A stretch of DNA of 64,000 nucleotides, from contig NZ_JBCNNP010000018.1 of the NCBI RefSeq assembly GCF_039594315.1, positions 8,389 to 72,388 on the forward strand, in the 5' to 3' direction. The position numbers were made by a program, and so were the translations under genes. This DNA is from Pantoea sp. (GTDB taxonomy: Bacteria > Pseudomonadota > Gammaproteobacteria > Enterobacterales > Enterobacteriaceae). This document shows positions 61,519 through 64,000 of this stretch, piece after piece. Within the stretch, counting starts at the first letter, position 1, and each line of letters opens with the position of its first letter. A model generated the notes under the pieces. The model was not told the DNA's origin, did not search any database, and was given only the letters and a program-made list of their open reading frames with translations.

Positions 61519-62043
61519 TTAATTCACACAGGCCGATCGCGCCACGGTTTCCGTTCCCGCTGCCAGCACTTTACCCTCCAGCAAATAGAACGCGGAGGAG
61601 GATACGCTACCCGGATCAATATGCGGGAAAACGTAATCCTTCACTTCCTGATCGGTGCTCAGATCGCTTAAACGTCGGCTTTGACTCACCACAGTCATTT
61701 CGAATTGATTATCGTGAGCCTCGCCGGTGAAACGCAATTCGCGGTTTACTGGTGTGGGTGGCGCAATCAATCCTTGCTGATTGTAGTGGGAAATATTGCC
61801 GATAAAGGTCATATGGCCTTTGTTCAGACCGTCGCGGTAGGCGAGATAAACGCCACGTGTCATGGTGACATCCGCATCTGAACGGATGTGGAAAAAAGCT
61901 ATCGGAAATGCGCACCTATCTTTCAGCGGTGTAATGCTGTAGGTGCGAATTGCAAAGCCCCCAATAGCGACAATAAAACCACCGAGAAAAAGCAGCGTAA
62001 GCGGCGACTTAATAAACGCGAAAATAGAACGATTCACAGTCAT
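61519..62043 (-). CDS. Membrane-anchored periplasmic protein, ToxS-like partner of the upstream ToxR-like regulator (hypothetical)
   Basis: From the ATG at 62043 (MTVNRSIFAFIKSPLTLLFLGGFIVAIGGFAI..). It has an N-terminal TM helix and then a domain of about 140 aa. It overlaps the regulator gene 3' end by 35 nt. No family recognised. Confidence 0.55.
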   Translation of the reverse strand: MTVNRSIFAFIKSPLTLLFLGGFIVAIGGFAIRTYSITPLKDRCAFPIAFFHIRSDADVTMTRGVYLAYRDGLNKGHMTFIGNISHYNQQGLIAPPTPVNRELRFTGEAHDNQFEMTVVSQSRRLSDLSTDQEVKDYVFPHIDPGSVSSSAFYLLEGKVLAAGTETVARSACVN

Positions 62044-62839
62044 TCTTTGATTCCTGCAGCGGATGTTGGCAGGCAATTAGCCCTTGGTGTGCGGTGTTTT
62101 GATTGAGGCCCATCGTGATATATAACACTCTGGCCGGTTTAATATTGGGCTGTTTTTCTATTACATAGTGGGTGTAAGTTTTTAACGTTGCTTCAATAAG
62201 CGGATCCCAATCACGCTTATTTTGTGGCACCAGTACTTGCGTATTTGGGGGCGTATTAGGGCCATACCAAGGCACAAAGTCGATGCGAGTGGGCGTTAGA
62301 ATAAATAGCTTATGAACCACCAAACTGACTAGTAGGCCAACGATGACCCCCGCTAATACCGCCTGGATTGGCCGATTCCACCTTGCCGATTCTCGAACTG
62401 CAGGCGCAGGCTGAGAAGACGACGTATTAACCACTTCTTGCTGTTTGATAGGCGTAAAAGGAATGGGCGATGCTTCGTCAGGTTCGGCCTCTAAAGAGGC
62501 GGGCTGGAAGCCGCTATCACGTACAATTAGACGATAACCGCTGCGTGTAACAGCCAACAGAGTGACATCATTTTGCAATTCCAGATCGTTCAGTGCGCGA
62601 CGCAATTTGTTGATCATCACGCGCACGCTGTTGTCTGTGACTTCGACGCCCGAGCTACGCCAACCGATATCCATTAACTGCTCCTGAGATAACACTTCGC
62701 CATTTGCTTCGGCTAATGCTTGTAAACAGAGACTGGCGGAGGCGGGCAAACTGACATTTTTACCATCGCTGAGCCGGGTCAGCGTGCGTGTTTGCGTATC
62801 TAGCGTAACGGACAATCCAATCGCAATGTTGTTGAGCAT
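62009..62839 (-). CDS. ToxR/CadC-like membrane-bound transcriptional activator (OmpR/PhoB-type winged helix, no receiver)
   Basis: 276-aa ORF. N-terminal trans_reg_C pattern (LSQEQLMDIGWRSSGVEVTDNSVRVMINKLRRAL....TRSGYRLIV), a Pro/Ser linker, a TM helix (AVLAGVIVGLLVSLVVHKLFIL) and a ~90-aa periplasmic tail with 2 Cys. Confidence 0.8.
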   Translation of the reverse strand: MLNNIAIGLSVTLDTQTRTLTRLSDGKNVSLPASASLCLQALAEANGEVLSQEQLMDIGWRSSGVEVTDNSVRVMINKLRRALNDLELQNDVTLLAVTRSGYRLIVRDSGFQPASLEAEPDEASPIPFTPIKQQEVVNTSSSQPAPAVRESARWNRPIQAVLAGVIVGLLVSLVVHKLFILTPTRIDFVPWYGPNTPPNTQVLVPQNKRDWDPLIEATLKTYTHYVIEKQPNIKPARVLYITMGLNQNTAHQGLIACQHPLQESKNDCESFYFRVY

Positions 62840-63634
62840 AGATAATTGATTCTTCTAATTAATGGTGTGAAAGCACAGGTAGTAATTTTTTTTATTAATG
62901 CCTATTAATGAGCCTAATAATAGGTTGAGAAAGCGTGCCTGATTCTTAAGTGTGCCAGGATTTTTTTCAACACCCCAAGCTGGATTGGCCTGGAGGGATT
63001 AAGGTTATTAATTTTAGTGGGCTTAAAATTATCTGCTGCCAAATAGGTCTTTACTGCTCATTAATAAAGTTAACATCCAGTGCTCGCCTTGTACACTCAG
63101 CTCACTTATAGCACTGATAATTCCGGTGTTTTAACGAAAATAAGGAAGAATAATCATAATCAATAAGGAGTTAGCATCAATCAATTTCTTAAAGGTTGAA
63201 AGCTAACTGCTCATCAAACCTACAAGCATTGATTTAACACTAGCGGGTTTGGGGAGGTGATTATGAACGGTGAATGGCCGGCGAAGAGGTGTGCATTTTA
63301 ATATTTTTTAATGCGTTCGATTCAGGCTAAGCATGTAGATTTGAATGTTTAGTCTCTCACATCAAACGAAGTTTGATTTTCTCACGTCTTAATAGACCAA
63401 AAAAACCCTGTATCATTCAGGTTTTTTTATAAATTCACTGCTTGATTATTAGGTGCAAAGCTTCTCAGGCCGTGAGTTAACAAGGTTAAAAATTTAAAAT
63501 ACAGTGATTGAGCAATAATGCGCTGTTATTGGCGATTTAACCGGGGTTTTTAGCGCAGGCTTTGCCCCTTTCCCATATTAAAATAACGCTGTAGTGGCGG
63601 TGTGGTGCTGCCATGTTTTACAGGCGTTCATACA

Positions 63635-64000
63635 ATGTTGCTTACTTCTATATTGGTTGTTATTGCCATACTGCTGTTGGTGTTAATTCAGTACGGAATC
63701 ATCCCGCCAATTATCAAATCTGAAAACGCCCGCTTGCATGACCAGGTAGATGCGCTGGCGCAACAAATGCGCGCGCAACTTGATCGCGTTGAGGCTCTGC
63801 AGCGATCAATGACGGAAAACGTGGTGACACTCAAAAGTTACACGTTGGACAAAATGTTGCCCGAGAGCGGTGAAAACGAGATGGGCTTAGAGCGCAATTT
63901 CTTTAATGCGCTGGTCAAAGAACTAGGTGAGCGGATTGGCGGACGGTTGTGGCTGGTCGAAAATAACGGGCGCGTAGTGGGTGAGGCCACGGAAGGGGCA
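63635..64000 (+). CDS. N-terminal part of a membrane-anchored sensor-type protein (open at window end)
   Basis: Own translation from the ATG at 63635: MLLTSILVVIAILLLVLIQYGIIPPIIKSENARLHDQVDALAQQMRAQLDRVEALQRSMTENVVTLKSY.. The frame is open for 122 codons to the window edge. The output domain is not visible. Confidence 0.5.
   Translation, partial: MLLTSILVVIAILLLVLIQYGIIPPIIKSENARLHDQVDALAQQMRAQLDRVEALQRSMTENVVTLKSYTLDKMLPESGENEMGLERNFFNALVKELGERIGGRLWLVENNGRVVGEATEGA

Overview
This window looks like an Erwiniaceae chromosome segment, probably Pantoea or Erwinia. That guess rests on gene content and the REP types only.

**1-38.9 kb: conserved backbone.** The region is syntenic with E. coli 96-97 min. 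It carries yhbQ/yhbP, nrdDG, a GH20 hexosaminidase, ridA, pyrLBI, argI, rraB, miaE, yjgM, valS-holC, pepA, lptFG and yjgR. Accessory metabolic modules are interspersed:
- a DeoR-linked DERA/FGGY-kinase/FucP-like/VOC operon
- an orphan family-5 substrate-binding protein
- a three-subunit FAD/cytochrome-c gluconate-2-dehydrogenase-type operon
- an azoR-like/AhpD-like pair with a MocR regulator

**38964-39048: tRNA-Leu(CAA), leuX.** It is followed immediately by a strongly AT-rich island of about 3.8 kb with no integrase. The island holds an orphan hcp, a 138-aa Ntox44-like effector and a membrane-anchored candidate immunity gene. Convergent to these is an unassignable 670-aa ORF with a C-terminal PD-(D/E)xK nuclease signature. 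That ORF is my best candidate for an undescribed single-gene defence system.

**43.8-61.5 kb: flagellar/chemotaxis cluster.** Its organisation is non-canonical. fliE-cheRBYZ-flhBAE form one tight gene string, divergent from fliF-R. No tar/tap, cheAW, motAB or flhDC is present in the cluster. A ToxR/ToxS-like pair flanks it.

**Repeats and RNA.** Several repeat families are present: REP-like palindromic units, a ~75-bp palindromic element, and a reused 20-nt terminator hairpin. I saw no CRISPR array or rRNA.
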